DNA of 64,000 nucleotides, from contig JAUSGQ010000007.1 of assembly GCA_030674455.1 (NCBI GenBank), positions 83,947-147,946 of the forward strand, written 5' to 3'. A program made the position numbers and the translations under genes. This document shows, piece by piece, positions 16,616-24,969 of the stretch (within the stretch, counting starts at the first letter, position 1; every line of letters begins with the position of its first letter). Source of the DNA: a bacterium. Lineage in GTDB: Bacteria > Patescibacteriota > Minisyncoccia > Phycocordibacterales > UBA2100. The notes under the pieces were generated by a model that saw only the letters and a list, made by a program, of their open reading frames with translations, did not search any database and had not been told where the DNA came from.

Positions 16616-18265
16616 ATGGATTACAATCTTCTAGAGAACCTTCAATTTTGCGGACAAATAGTAGCGGACAGCTCCGCGCTGTTGTATTACACCCACATAC
16701 CGTCCGCTGTTATAGCCATTTTTATTGGAGCGTACGTACTTTATAAAACAAGGGCATTGTCTGGGGTTCTTCTGTTTGGAATATCTCTTGTTTTTTCTTT
16801 GTGGGTTACGTTGAATCTCTTTATATGGCTGGAATTTGACAACAACGCAGTGATGATAACGCTGTGGTCGGTACTTGGGCTTCTATCGGTCTTGCTATGT
16901 TTTCTTACACACTGGTTTACGCACGAGTTTATGGCTGAAAAGCCGCTTCCGCTTTGGGTACTTGCCATGTGGGCAATTCTTATAGCTCCAGTGGCAATTT
17001 TTACACCGACATCTTTTAATCTTTCCGGAGTTGATATACAACAATGTGTTTCTGTAGAAGGACACAATTTCCTGAATTATTATTATCTGGTGGGAGTGTT
17101 GACAATGATTTTTGCGTCCATCTCGGCATTTTACGCAAGAAATATCTCACCAAGTAAAAAAATTGCACCGGCAAAGTGGTTAATCTTTGCAGGCGTTCAA
17201 TTATTTTTATTGTCTTTTCTTACAACAGGTTTCGTGGCGAGTTATCTAGTTGACTCGGGGCTTATTCCGGATTTCGGACTGGAACAATATGGCGTAGCGA
17301 CCATGGCTGTGTTCATGGGCTTTCTCGCGTATGCCACTGTTCGTTATCACGCATTCAATCTTAAGCTTCTCGCTGCGCAGGCGCTTGTTTTGTCTCTTGT
17401 GGCGCTTATCGCATCGGAGTTTCTGTTTGTCACCAGCGCAATAAATCAAATTCTTGTTGGACTAACCTTGGGACTTGCCGTAATTTTCGGTTTCTTTTTG
17501 GTGCGTAGCGTAAAAGCAGAGGTGCTACAGCGCGAGCTTATCCAAAAACAGGAGGAGGAATTGGAAGCGGTTAACAAACAGCAAGAGGGGCTTCTGCACT
17601 TCATCAGCCATGAAATTAAGGGGTACTTGTCCAAGAACGAGGCGGGTTTTGCCGCGATTGCCGAGGGCGATTACGGAACCGTCTCTGTATCTCTGAAAGA
17701 AATGGCCGCTTCCGCGCTCCAAGATACGCGCCGCGGCGTTGAAACTGTCATGGATATTTTGGACGCTTCCAATCTGAAGAAGGGAACTGTTGCCTATGAT
17801 AAAAAGAGTTTCGATTTTCCTAAAGCAATTCAAGAAGTTGTTAATTCCCTAAAACCGATGGCGCAGGAAAAAGGGATTTCATTGGAATATACCGACAGCA
17901 CCGGCGGTTCGGCGAAGATTAACGGGGACGAAAACAAGCTATGCCATCATGTAATCCGAAATTTGATAGATAATTCTATTCGCTACACGCCTTCAGGAAG
18001 CGTGAAAGTAAGCGTGGACAAAGGCGGTTCCGTACTTCGAATGACAGTAGCGGACACTGGTGTCGGTATCTCGCCGGAAGACATGAAGAAACTCTTTACC
18101 GAAGGCGGACGCGGTGCCGACTCGATAAAAGTAAATGTACATTCAACCGGCTACGGATTGTTCATCGCAAAAACGATAGTCGAAGCGCACGGCGGCAAAA
18201 TCAGGGCGGAGTCGGAAGGAAAGGGCAAGGGTTCGAGATTTATTGTTGAGTTGCCTGCGGTTTAG
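16616..18265 (+). CDS. membrane sensor histidine kinase (multi-TM N-terminus, HisKA plus HATPase_c)
   Basis: It has ~8 predicted TM helices, the H-box LHFISHEIKGYL, the N-box NLIDNSIRYT, G1 VADTGVGIS and G2 GYGLFIAKTIVEAHGG. No response regulator gene is adjacent. Confidence 0.8.
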   Translation: MDYNLLENLQFCGQIVADSSALLYYTHIPSAVIAIFIGAYVLYKTRALSGVLLFGISLVFSLWVTLNLFIWLEFDNNAVMITLWSVLGLLSVLLCFLTHWFTHEFMAEKPLPLWVLAMWAILIAPVAIFTPTSFNLSGVDIQQCVSVEGHNFLNYYYLVGVLTMIFASISAFYARNISPSKKIAPAKWLIFAGVQLFLLSFLTTGFVASYLVDSGLIPDFGLEQYGVATMAVFMGFLAYATVRYHAFNLKLLAAQALVLSLVALIASEFLFVTSAINQILVGLTLGLAVIFGFFLVRSVKAEVLQRELIQKQEEELEAVNKQQEGLLHFISHEIKGYLSKNEAGFAAIAEGDYGTVSVSLKEMAASALQDTRRGVETVMDILDASNLKKGTVAYDKKSFDFPKAIQEVVNSLKPMAQEKGISLEYTDSTGGSAKINGDENKLCHHVIRNLIDNSIRYTPSGSVKVSVDKGGSVLRMTVADTGVGISPEDMKKLFTEGGRGADSIKVNVHSTGYGLFIAKTIVEAHGGKIRAESEGKGKGSRFIVELPAV

Positions 18266-18432
18266 GAAGACACGTTATTTTGATGATGCGAAACAATTAT
18301 TTCAAGGTTGCCGCCGGCGCGGGATTTGTCTTGGCGATAATGCTGTTCGTCGCGGCCGGCGGCGCGGAGCGGTTGCGCGAAACGGTCAAGTGGGTATCAA
18401 AGGAAGCTCAATCAAATGTGAATAATGGGATA

Positions 18433-19219
18433 GGATAATGGGGTCAGCCACCATTTATGATATCATGCGCGCATGCCAAGGATGCAATAATGGATAATGG
18501 GGTCAGCCACCATTTATGATATAATAACCGCATGCCAAGAATAGAACGAACTGACATTGGTGATTATGTGTATCACGTAATCAATAGAGCAAACGCTCGA
18601 GTACAGATATTTGACAGCGACAAAGATTACGAGCTTTTTGAGAATATCCTTGAGGAAGCGGTGGAGAAATTCGACATGAGACTCTTGGCTTATTGCATCA
18701 TGCCAAATCACTGGCACTTAGTTCTGTATCCAAGAAATGACGGAGACCTTTCTCTCTTTATGGGCTGGCTTACTAACACGCACACAAGAAGATGGCATAC
18801 CGGAAAGGGAACCATAGGACAAGGCCATCTTTATCAGGGCAGATACAAGTCATTCTTATGCCAAGATGATAGTCATTTTCTTTCCCTCGTGCGCTACGTG
18901 GAACGTAACGCGAAAAGAGCAAATCTAGTTAAAAAAGCGGAAAACTGGAAATGGTCTAGCGCATGGCGAAAAGAATATGGAACAACTAAACAAAAGAAGA
19001 TTCTCTCACCATGGCCGGTTCCTGCACCGAGAAACTATCTGCAATGGCTAAATCAAGCACAAACAGAAGATGAAGAAGAGGCAATAAGGAGGTCTGTTAC
19101 AAAGGGTAACCCATATGGTGGGAGTGGCTGGACAGATAACGTAGTAAAAAGATTCGGCCTTGAGCAAACACTAAGGAAAGTAGGCAGGCCGAACACAAAC
19201 AATGGTGGCTGACCCCATT
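18433..19219 (+). mobile_element. IS200/IS605-family (tnpA-only) element or REPtron-like unit with a tandem-duplicated left end
   Basis: The 31-bp GGATAATGGGGTCAGCCACCATTTATGATAT occurs twice in tandem (18433-18463 and 18493-18523) before the transposase gene. Its inverse complement (AATGGTGGCTGACCCCATT) lies at 19201-19219, overlapping the gene stop. Confidence 0.5.
18532..19212 (+). CDS. IS200-like / REP-associated Y1 (HUH) tyrosine transposase
   Basis: It has the HUH motif CIMPNHWHLVLYP and a conserved Tyr region (RYVERNAKRANLV). It is 226 aa long and flanked by inverted copies of a hairpin-forming repeat. Confidence 0.75.
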   Translation: MPRIERTDIGDYVYHVINRANARVQIFDSDKDYELFENILEEAVEKFDMRLLAYCIMPNHWHLVLYPRNDGDLSLFMGWLTNTHTRRWHTGKGTIGQGHLYQGRYKSFLCQDDSHFLSLVRYVERNAKRANLVKKAENWKWSSAWRKEYGTTKQKKILSPWPVPAPRNYLQWLNQAQTEDEEEAIRRSVTKGNPYGGSGWTDNVVKRFGLEQTLRKVGRPNTNNGG

Positions 19220-19425
19220 TCTGCCATTTCCAGTGTAGTAAAATCAACCGATATGTTGACAGGTGCAGATATTAAGAAATTAAAAGTTGTCTTTACTTCA
19301 AAACCTAACTATATTCCAATCAGAAAACAACTAGCGCGCCACGAGCATTGGATAAAACAGATTGCTAGGAAGGTTGGTGTCGTGCTAGCTGAATGAATCC
19401 ATACATCATATAATTTCAATTTGTT

Positions 19426-19457
19426 CTACAGGACAATTCCATGGAATTGTCCTGTAG
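19426..19457. repeat. 32-bp perfect palindrome CTACAGGACAATTCCATGGAATTGTCCTGTAG
   Basis: Seen directly, 47 nt upstream of the ArsR-like gene. Confidence 0.8.
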
Positions 19458-19503
19458 AATGAGTTATGTCGATAACGATTAACAATTATAAATCGAGGTT
19501 TCT

Positions 19504-19788
19504 ATGAAAATCAACGCAAAAACCAACATGAAACGATGGACGGTGGTATTTCGTACTTTGTCCAATATAAATCGGCTGAAAATCATAGCTATGCTTTCCG
19601 ACGGCCGTAAGATGAATGTCGGTGATATCGCAGAAGACTTGAGGATTTCCTTCAAGGGTACATCGAATCATCTGGCTATGCTCAAAAATCTAGATGTTTT
19701 AGAAGCACAAGGTGCTTCCGGGCACGTGTTCTATTTTATAAATCCCAACATGCCTAAAGATTTCAAGATGGTAGTGGGTGTAATGTAA
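19504..19788 (+). CDS. ArsR/SmtB-family HTH transcriptional regulator
   Basis: LSNINRLKIIAMLSDGRKMNVGDIAEDLRISFKGTSNHLAMLKNLDVLEA matches the ArsR wHTH signature. Size is 94 aa. Confidence 0.6.
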   Translation: MKINAKTNMKRWTVVFRTLSNINRLKIIAMLSDGRKMNVGDIAEDLRISFKGTSNHLAMLKNLDVLEAQGASGHVFYFINPNMPKDFKMVVGVM

Positions 19789-19808
19789 ATCCTAGCCTCG
19801 GTTAGTTG

Positions 19809-19840
19809 TAATGGAACAATTCCATGGAATTGTTCCATTA
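19809..19840. repeat. 32-bp perfect palindrome TAATGGAACAATTCCATGGAATTGTTCCATTA
   Basis: Seen directly, 21 nt after the ArsR-like stop. It shares the core CAATTCCATGGAATTG with the upstream palindrome. Confidence 0.8.
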
Positions 19841-20019
19841 GCTGAAGCAAAAAACTCGGTAGAATATATATCGTTGCAAAAGATATCCATTAAGAAAGAT
19901 TCCTACCTCGGTTCTTGGACGGAATGAGAGATACTTCAAGTTGGGAACTGGATTCATGATTTACTAGAACTTGTGTAATAAGTGGTGCTAGATGCGGTTT
20001 TTCTGTTATTATAAGCCGT

Positions 20020-20955
20020 ATGCAACGGCTTCTAACCGGTGTTCAGCCATCCGGCACAACCCACCTTGGCAACTATTTTGGCGCGCTCCGGCCTTTCGTT
20101 TCCATGTATAAGGAATACGAGAGCATGCTGATGCTCGCCGATTACCACGCACTCACCACGCTCAAAGACCACGCCGAACTGCGCGAAAATGTAATGAATG
20201 CCGTCAGAGATTACATTGCTATCGGAGTGGACCCGAAACAAGCAACAATTTTCCAGCAATCCTCCGTTCCCGCTCACACGGAACTAGCATGGATTCTTGA
20301 GTGCCAAGTTACAGTTCCATTTCTGATGCAAGCGCACGCTTATAAAGACAAAGTTGCCAAAGGACTCGAGGCGAACGCCGGCCTGTTTTGCTATCCGATG
20401 CTCATGGCAGCCGATATTCTTATGTACGATACTGATGTGGTTCCGGTTGGTATTGACCAGAAACAGCACGTGGAATACGCGCGAGAGGCTGCCGCGAAAT
20501 TTAATACCGCGTACGGCGAGACTTTTAAGGAGCCGAAGGAAATGGTTTTGCGCGACTCGGCGACAGTTCCCGGCACTGACGGCAAGAAAATGAGCAAGAG
20601 TTATGGAAACACAATACCGCTTTTTGGCACAAAAGATGAAATTCACAAAGCGGTGATGGCGATCGTTACAGACTCAAAAGGTGAGAGCCCGGAGAATGTG
20701 TACGCGATACACCGCCTTGTAAAAGACGAGTCAGAAATCGCAACTCTATATAAATCTAATAAAGGAAAATACAAAGTTGTTAAAGACGCGCTTGCGGACG
20801 ATATTGATGCAATGGTCGCGCCAATGCGTGAAAAGCGCGAGTCTATAAGCGATGCCGATGTCATAAAAATACTCAAAGACGGTGCAGAAAGGGCGCGCGA
20901 GCAGGCCGAAGCGAAAATGGAAATTGTCCGGCAGAAAGTCGGAGTAACAATATGA
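20020..20955 (+). CDS. trpS: tryptophan--tRNA ligase
   Basis: It is a class I enzyme with an N-terminal TGVQPSGTTHLGNY (HIGH-like) and KMSKS (KMSKSYGNTIPLF). The ~311 aa size is typical of TrpRS. Confidence 0.9.
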   Translation: MQRLLTGVQPSGTTHLGNYFGALRPFVSMYKEYESMLMLADYHALTTLKDHAELRENVMNAVRDYIAIGVDPKQATIFQQSSVPAHTELAWILECQVTVPFLMQAHAYKDKVAKGLEANAGLFCYPMLMAADILMYDTDVVPVGIDQKQHVEYAREAAAKFNTAYGETFKEPKEMVLRDSATVPGTDGKKMSKSYGNTIPLFGTKDEIHKAVMAIVTDSKGESPENVYAIHRLVKDESEIATLYKSNKGKYKVVKDALADDIDAMVAPMREKRESISDADVIKILKDGAERAREQAEAKMEIVRQKVGVTI

Positions 20956-21066
20956 GGTGCCAATCTACAAATGGATTCCAATCTACAAATAACTACGAAT
21001 TAGAAATTCTAACATTTGTAGCCATTCGTAGTATTCGGATGATTCGTAGATTGGTACATCAATAAT

Positions 21067-22467
21067 ATGAAAAACCGAGTGATGATAAAGGAACTAAGAA
21101 CTTTCATTGGGACGTCAGTAACCATTTGCGGATGGGTTTCGGTGCGGCGCAATCAGGGCAAGCTCGTATTCTTCGATTTTCGCGATGCAAGCGGGACTGT
21201 CCAGGGAGTCGTTTTACCGGCATCTCCTGCAATGGAAGCGGCAAAGACGATTCGTACGGAATATGTTGTCGCAGTTACCGGAGAAGTCGTGAAGCGCGGC
21301 GAGAAAAATGTTCAGCAAGGAAAGGAAAATGGCGACCTTGAACTGCGCGTAGAAAACATTGTCATTCTTAACTCATCCGAAACTCCTCCATTTGACGTTA
21401 CCGCAGACACTTCTGGGATAAGCGAAGAAGCTCGCCTGGAATACCGTTACATTGACCTGCGGAGCGAGAGAATGCAGAAGAACATACGAATGAGAAGCGA
21501 ATTCGTCCGCCGGGTACGGGAGTTTCTTTTTAGCAAGTCGTTCGCCGAAATTGAGACTCCGCTTCTTACGGAATCCACGCCCGAAGGCTCGCGGGATTTC
21601 GTCGTTCCGTCAAGGTTACACCCCGGCAGTTTTTATGCGCTGCCACAATCGCCTCAGCAGTACAAACAACTTCTTATGGTCGGCGGGTTCGAGAGATACT
21701 TCCAGATAGCGCGCGCCGTTCGCGACGAAGACCTTCGAGCAGACCGCGGATTTGAACATTCGCAGGTTGATATCGAGATGTCTTTTGTGGAACAGAGCGA
21801 CGTCATGGATATTATCGAAGAAATGATGATTGAGACATGCGAAGGTATGGGATTCAAGATAAAGGAAAAACCGTTTCCTCGATTTACATACGCGGAAGCA
21901 ATGGCGAAGTTTGGCTCCGACAAGTTTGACCTTCGCAGCGATGAAGACAAAGCCAACGGGGTACTAGCATATGCATGGGTATACAAATTCCCGTTCTTCG
22001 AAAAAACCGACGAAGGCAAATGGACATTCACGCACAACCCGTTCTCAAAAGCAGCCGATGAACATTCGGAATTGCTTTTACAGAAGAAAGATATTGCTGA
22101 AATCCTGACGCTCCAATACGACCTCGTCTGTAATGGATACGAGACCGGCGGCGGTAGCATTCGCGAACATCGCCCCGAGTATCTCAAGAAAGTATATGAG
22201 GTCATGGGCTTCAACGATGAGGAAATCGAGGAGCGCATCGGGCACATGCTTCGGGCGTTTACCTTTGGCGCTCCTCCGCACGGAGGCATCGCGCTTGGCG
22301 TCGAGAGAATACTGATGACCCTTACAGGCGAGCAGTACTTGCGAGAAGTTCAGGCATTTCCGATGACGCGCAGGGGGCAAACAGCCGTCATGAAGGCGCC
22401 GAAGCCGCTCACATCCGAACAGCTCCGGGAACTTGGCCTAAGTGTCGCCAAGAAAACAAAGGAATAA
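21067..22467 (+). CDS. aspS: aspartate--tRNA ligase (compact archaeal/eukaryal-type)
   Basis: An OB-fold anticodon-binding N-terminus is present. Class II motifs are FRDEDLRADRGFEHSQVD, the QSPQQYKQLLMVGG flip loop and GGGSIREHR motif 3. Size is 466 aa. Confidence 0.9.
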   Translation: MKNRVMIKELRTFIGTSVTICGWVSVRRNQGKLVFFDFRDASGTVQGVVLPASPAMEAAKTIRTEYVVAVTGEVVKRGEKNVQQGKENGDLELRVENIVILNSSETPPFDVTADTSGISEEARLEYRYIDLRSERMQKNIRMRSEFVRRVREFLFSKSFAEIETPLLTESTPEGSRDFVVPSRLHPGSFYALPQSPQQYKQLLMVGGFERYFQIARAVRDEDLRADRGFEHSQVDIEMSFVEQSDVMDIIEEMMIETCEGMGFKIKEKPFPRFTYAEAMAKFGSDKFDLRSDEDKANGVLAYAWVYKFPFFEKTDEGKWTFTHNPFSKAADEHSELLLQKKDIAEILTLQYDLVCNGYETGGGSIREHRPEYLKKVYEVMGFNDEEIEERIGHMLRAFTFGAPPHGGIALGVERILMTLTGEQYLREVQAFPMTRRGQTAVMKAPKPLTSEQLRELGLSVAKKTKE

Positions 22468-22605
22468 ACATGCCCGGTAGGACAATTTCGAATTGCCTTG
22501 AATGAATATTCACCAACATATGGCAGGAAAGATTGCTGAAACACTTAAAGGCATATTCGCAGTTGAATATACGGCCGTAATTATTCGAAATTGTACTAAC
22601 CGGGT

Positions 22606-23346
22606 ATGACCGCGTTCACCGTTTCAACTGAAAAGTTCAGCGGTCCGCTTGAGGCTCTGTTTAATCTTATCGAGGAGCGGCGAATGTCGGTCTCCGACGT
22701 TTCTCTTGCAGAAGTGACGGATGCATACCTTTCATACGTTGAGAAGCTGCCTGAACTTCCGCTGGCGGAAACGTCTCAATTTATCCTTGTCGCCTCTACG
22801 CTGCTGCTCATCAAATCACGCCAGCTTCTGCCGATGCTTCAGTTGTCCGATGACGAGCGCGAAAGCGTCGAAGAGCTTGAACGGCGGCTGGCGCGCTACG
22901 CAATCATTCGCAAATCGGCTAAGCTGCTTCGCCGCTCCTGGGGTACATCGCCGCTTATACTCCCGAAACGAGCGCCCATGGCAGAACCGATATTTTCTCC
23001 CGGGAAGATTTCTCTCGATGCAATCCTTGAGGCAGTCACGCGAATGATAAGCGTGCTTCCGAATGTCATGAAATCCGCACAGGCACTCGTCGCGCCAGTT
23101 TTAGCGCTCGAAGATGTTATCGTCCGCCTCGAGAAACGATTGGTCGGAGCCGTGCGCGCAAAATTCAGCGAGCTTACAAAGTCGGCAGAGAAGCATGAGG
23201 TAATTGTTTATTTTCTCGCCATGCTGGAACTCGTGCGCTCCGGCTCCATTAGCGCAACGCAAGAGCGCATTTTCAGCGATATCACGCTAGAGACGGAATC
23301 GCTTGTAGCGCCCAAATATGGGGATGGGGCAGGGAGTAGGTTATAG
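22606..23346 (+). CDS. scpA: segregation and condensation protein A
   Basis: FSGPLEALFNLIEERRMSVSDVSLAEVTDAYLSYV is a typical ScpA N-terminus. scpB follows. Confidence 0.8.
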   Translation: MTAFTVSTEKFSGPLEALFNLIEERRMSVSDVSLAEVTDAYLSYVEKLPELPLAETSQFILVASTLLLIKSRQLLPMLQLSDDERESVEELERRLARYAIIRKSAKLLRRSWGTSPLILPKRAPMAEPIFSPGKISLDAILEAVTRMISVLPNVMKSAQALVAPVLALEDVIVRLEKRLVGAVRAKFSELTKSAEKHEVIVYFLAMLELVRSGSISATQERIFSDITLETESLVAPKYGDGAGSRL

Positions 23347-23375
23347 GTTTCAGGTTTCAGGTTTCAGGAACAATT

Positions 23376-23954
23376 ATGATCGAAGAATATCAAACTGACA
23401 CAGTAGAAAAAATCGAGCAATTGGCGGCGAGGGCTGAAGCTTTTTTATTTGCAGAGGGCGAGCCCATGGCAATCGGCAGATTAAAGAAGCTCCTATCATG
23501 CACGGATGAAGAACTTGAGGGAGCGCTTCAGTCGCTCTCAAATAGACGGGAAGGGAGCGGTATGACGCTGATACGGACAACAAAAGAAGCGGCCCTTGCA
23601 GTTTCACCTTCATGCGCTCCAGCCATACGCGCCGAAATCGAAAAAGATCTTGAACGGGAAATAGGGGATGCAGGGCTTGAGGTTCTTGCGATACTTTTAT
23701 ATCGAGGGCCTTCAACAAGGTCGCAAATCGATTATATCCGGGGAGTGAATACGAGTACCACTCTGCGCACGCTTTTGGCGCGCGGACTCACAATGCGCAC
23801 TGAAAATCCGAATGACTCGCGCGAGTATCTGTATCATCCGACTGCTGAACTGTTGGCGCATTTGGGAGCATCAGACATTACAAAGCTACCCGATTATGAA
23901 AAGATAATCGAGGAATTGAAAGCTTTTGAAGAATCTAAAGAAAAGACTTTGTGA
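23376..23954 (+). CDS. scpB: segregation and condensation protein B
   Basis: It has a tandem winged-helix ScpB pattern (AEAFLFAEGEPMAIGRLKKLL; LEVLAILLYRGPSTRSQIDYIRGVN). Confidence 0.8.
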   Translation: MIEEYQTDTVEKIEQLAARAEAFLFAEGEPMAIGRLKKLLSCTDEELEGALQSLSNRREGSGMTLIRTTKEAALAVSPSCAPAIRAEIEKDLEREIGDAGLEVLAILLYRGPSTRSQIDYIRGVNTSTTLRTLLARGLTMRTENPNDSREYLYHPTAELLAHLGASDITKLPDYEKIIEELKAFEESKEKTL

Positions 23955-24942
23955 TTATATGAACATTGATATTTCGAAAATAGTCGGAGAAAAGAGGCAC
24001 GGATTGATTCCCATTGTGGCCATGCTTCTTCTATTCCTCGTTGCGGTCGCCGTAATCATGGAAAGTGAGTACCACCCTCCCATGGAAGGAAAATCGCAAG
24101 TCGCATCCGCATCCGATACGCGCGATGAGTTTGCCGAACTGGACATCAAAGCCGTAGCCGCGATAGTCGTTGACCTTAAAAACGGCAAGGTTCTTTATGA
24201 AAAAAATCAAAACGTCCAGTTGCCGCTCGCGTCGCTCGCAAAAATTGCGCTTGCGCTTGCCGTGGACGATGTTTTGCCGGCCGACACGGTAATAACTATT
24301 TCGCGCGATACCGCTCCTAAGGGAAGCGCAGAACGGCTTGCGAAAGGAGATGCGTGGCGTGTAAAAGATGTTATTGATTTCACGCTCGTTTCTTCTTCAA
24401 ATGAGGGCGCTGAAATTCTTGCAAATGCATCAAACCGCGCGATTCCGGCAAAATATCCGTATGCTCCGGAAGACTTTGCGGCAATATGGCGCATGAACGA
24501 GTTTGCAAAGCAGCTCGGTCTTAAACAAACATTCTTCCTCAATGCGAGCGGTCTCGACATAAGCCCGACTCTTTCGGGGGCGTACGGTTCCGCGCGAGAT
24601 GTTGCGACGCTGTTCGGGTATGCGGCTTCTGAACGCCTGCCTGTATTCGCAAGCACTGCGGAGGATGGAGTCATCCTCACATCAGCAAACGGCCGGAGTA
24701 CCGCGCGAGCATTCAACACCAACGAAGCTTTGGGAGACATACCGGGACTCATGATGGGAAAGACCGGAATTACCGACCTTGCCGGCGGCAACCTTGCAGT
24801 AGTCTTTGACGCTGGCCTGACCCATCCGGTAGTCGCAGTAGTACTGGGCTCCACCCGCGAAGGTCGCTTTTCGGATATACGACAGATTGTGACAGAGGTA
24901 AGAAATGTCCTTTCGGAACAAAACTTAACCTCAGCAAATTAG
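23926..24942 (+). CDS. D-alanyl-D-alanine carboxypeptidase (serine-type, PBP5/S11-like)
   Basis: It has an N-terminal TM anchor, the SxxK motif (ASLAKIALA), the SxN motif (SSNEGAE) and KTG (KTGITD). The start may alternatively be the ATG at 23959. Confidence 0.7.
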   Translation: MKNLKKRLCDYMNIDISKIVGEKRHGLIPIVAMLLLFLVAVAVIMESEYHPPMEGKSQVASASDTRDEFAELDIKAVAAIVVDLKNGKVLYEKNQNVQLPLASLAKIALALAVDDVLPADTVITISRDTAPKGSAERLAKGDAWRVKDVIDFTLVSSSNEGAEILANASNRAIPAKYPYAPEDFAAIWRMNEFAKQLGLKQTFFLNASGLDISPTLSGAYGSARDVATLFGYAASERLPVFASTAEDGVILTSANGRSTARAFNTNEALGDIPGLMMGKTGITDLAGGNLAVVFDAGLTHPVVAVVLGSTREGRFSDIRQIVTEVRNVLSEQNLTSAN

Positions 24943-24969
24943 GCATCCGGCACTCTGGACAAGGCACGG

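Noticed and set aside
18283-18438. 51-aa ORF with one TM helix (MMRNNYFKVAAGAGFVLAIMLFVAAGG...) after the histidine kinase
   Set aside because: It is plausible but too short and without supporting signals. It runs into the IS-element repeat. It is not called as a feature.
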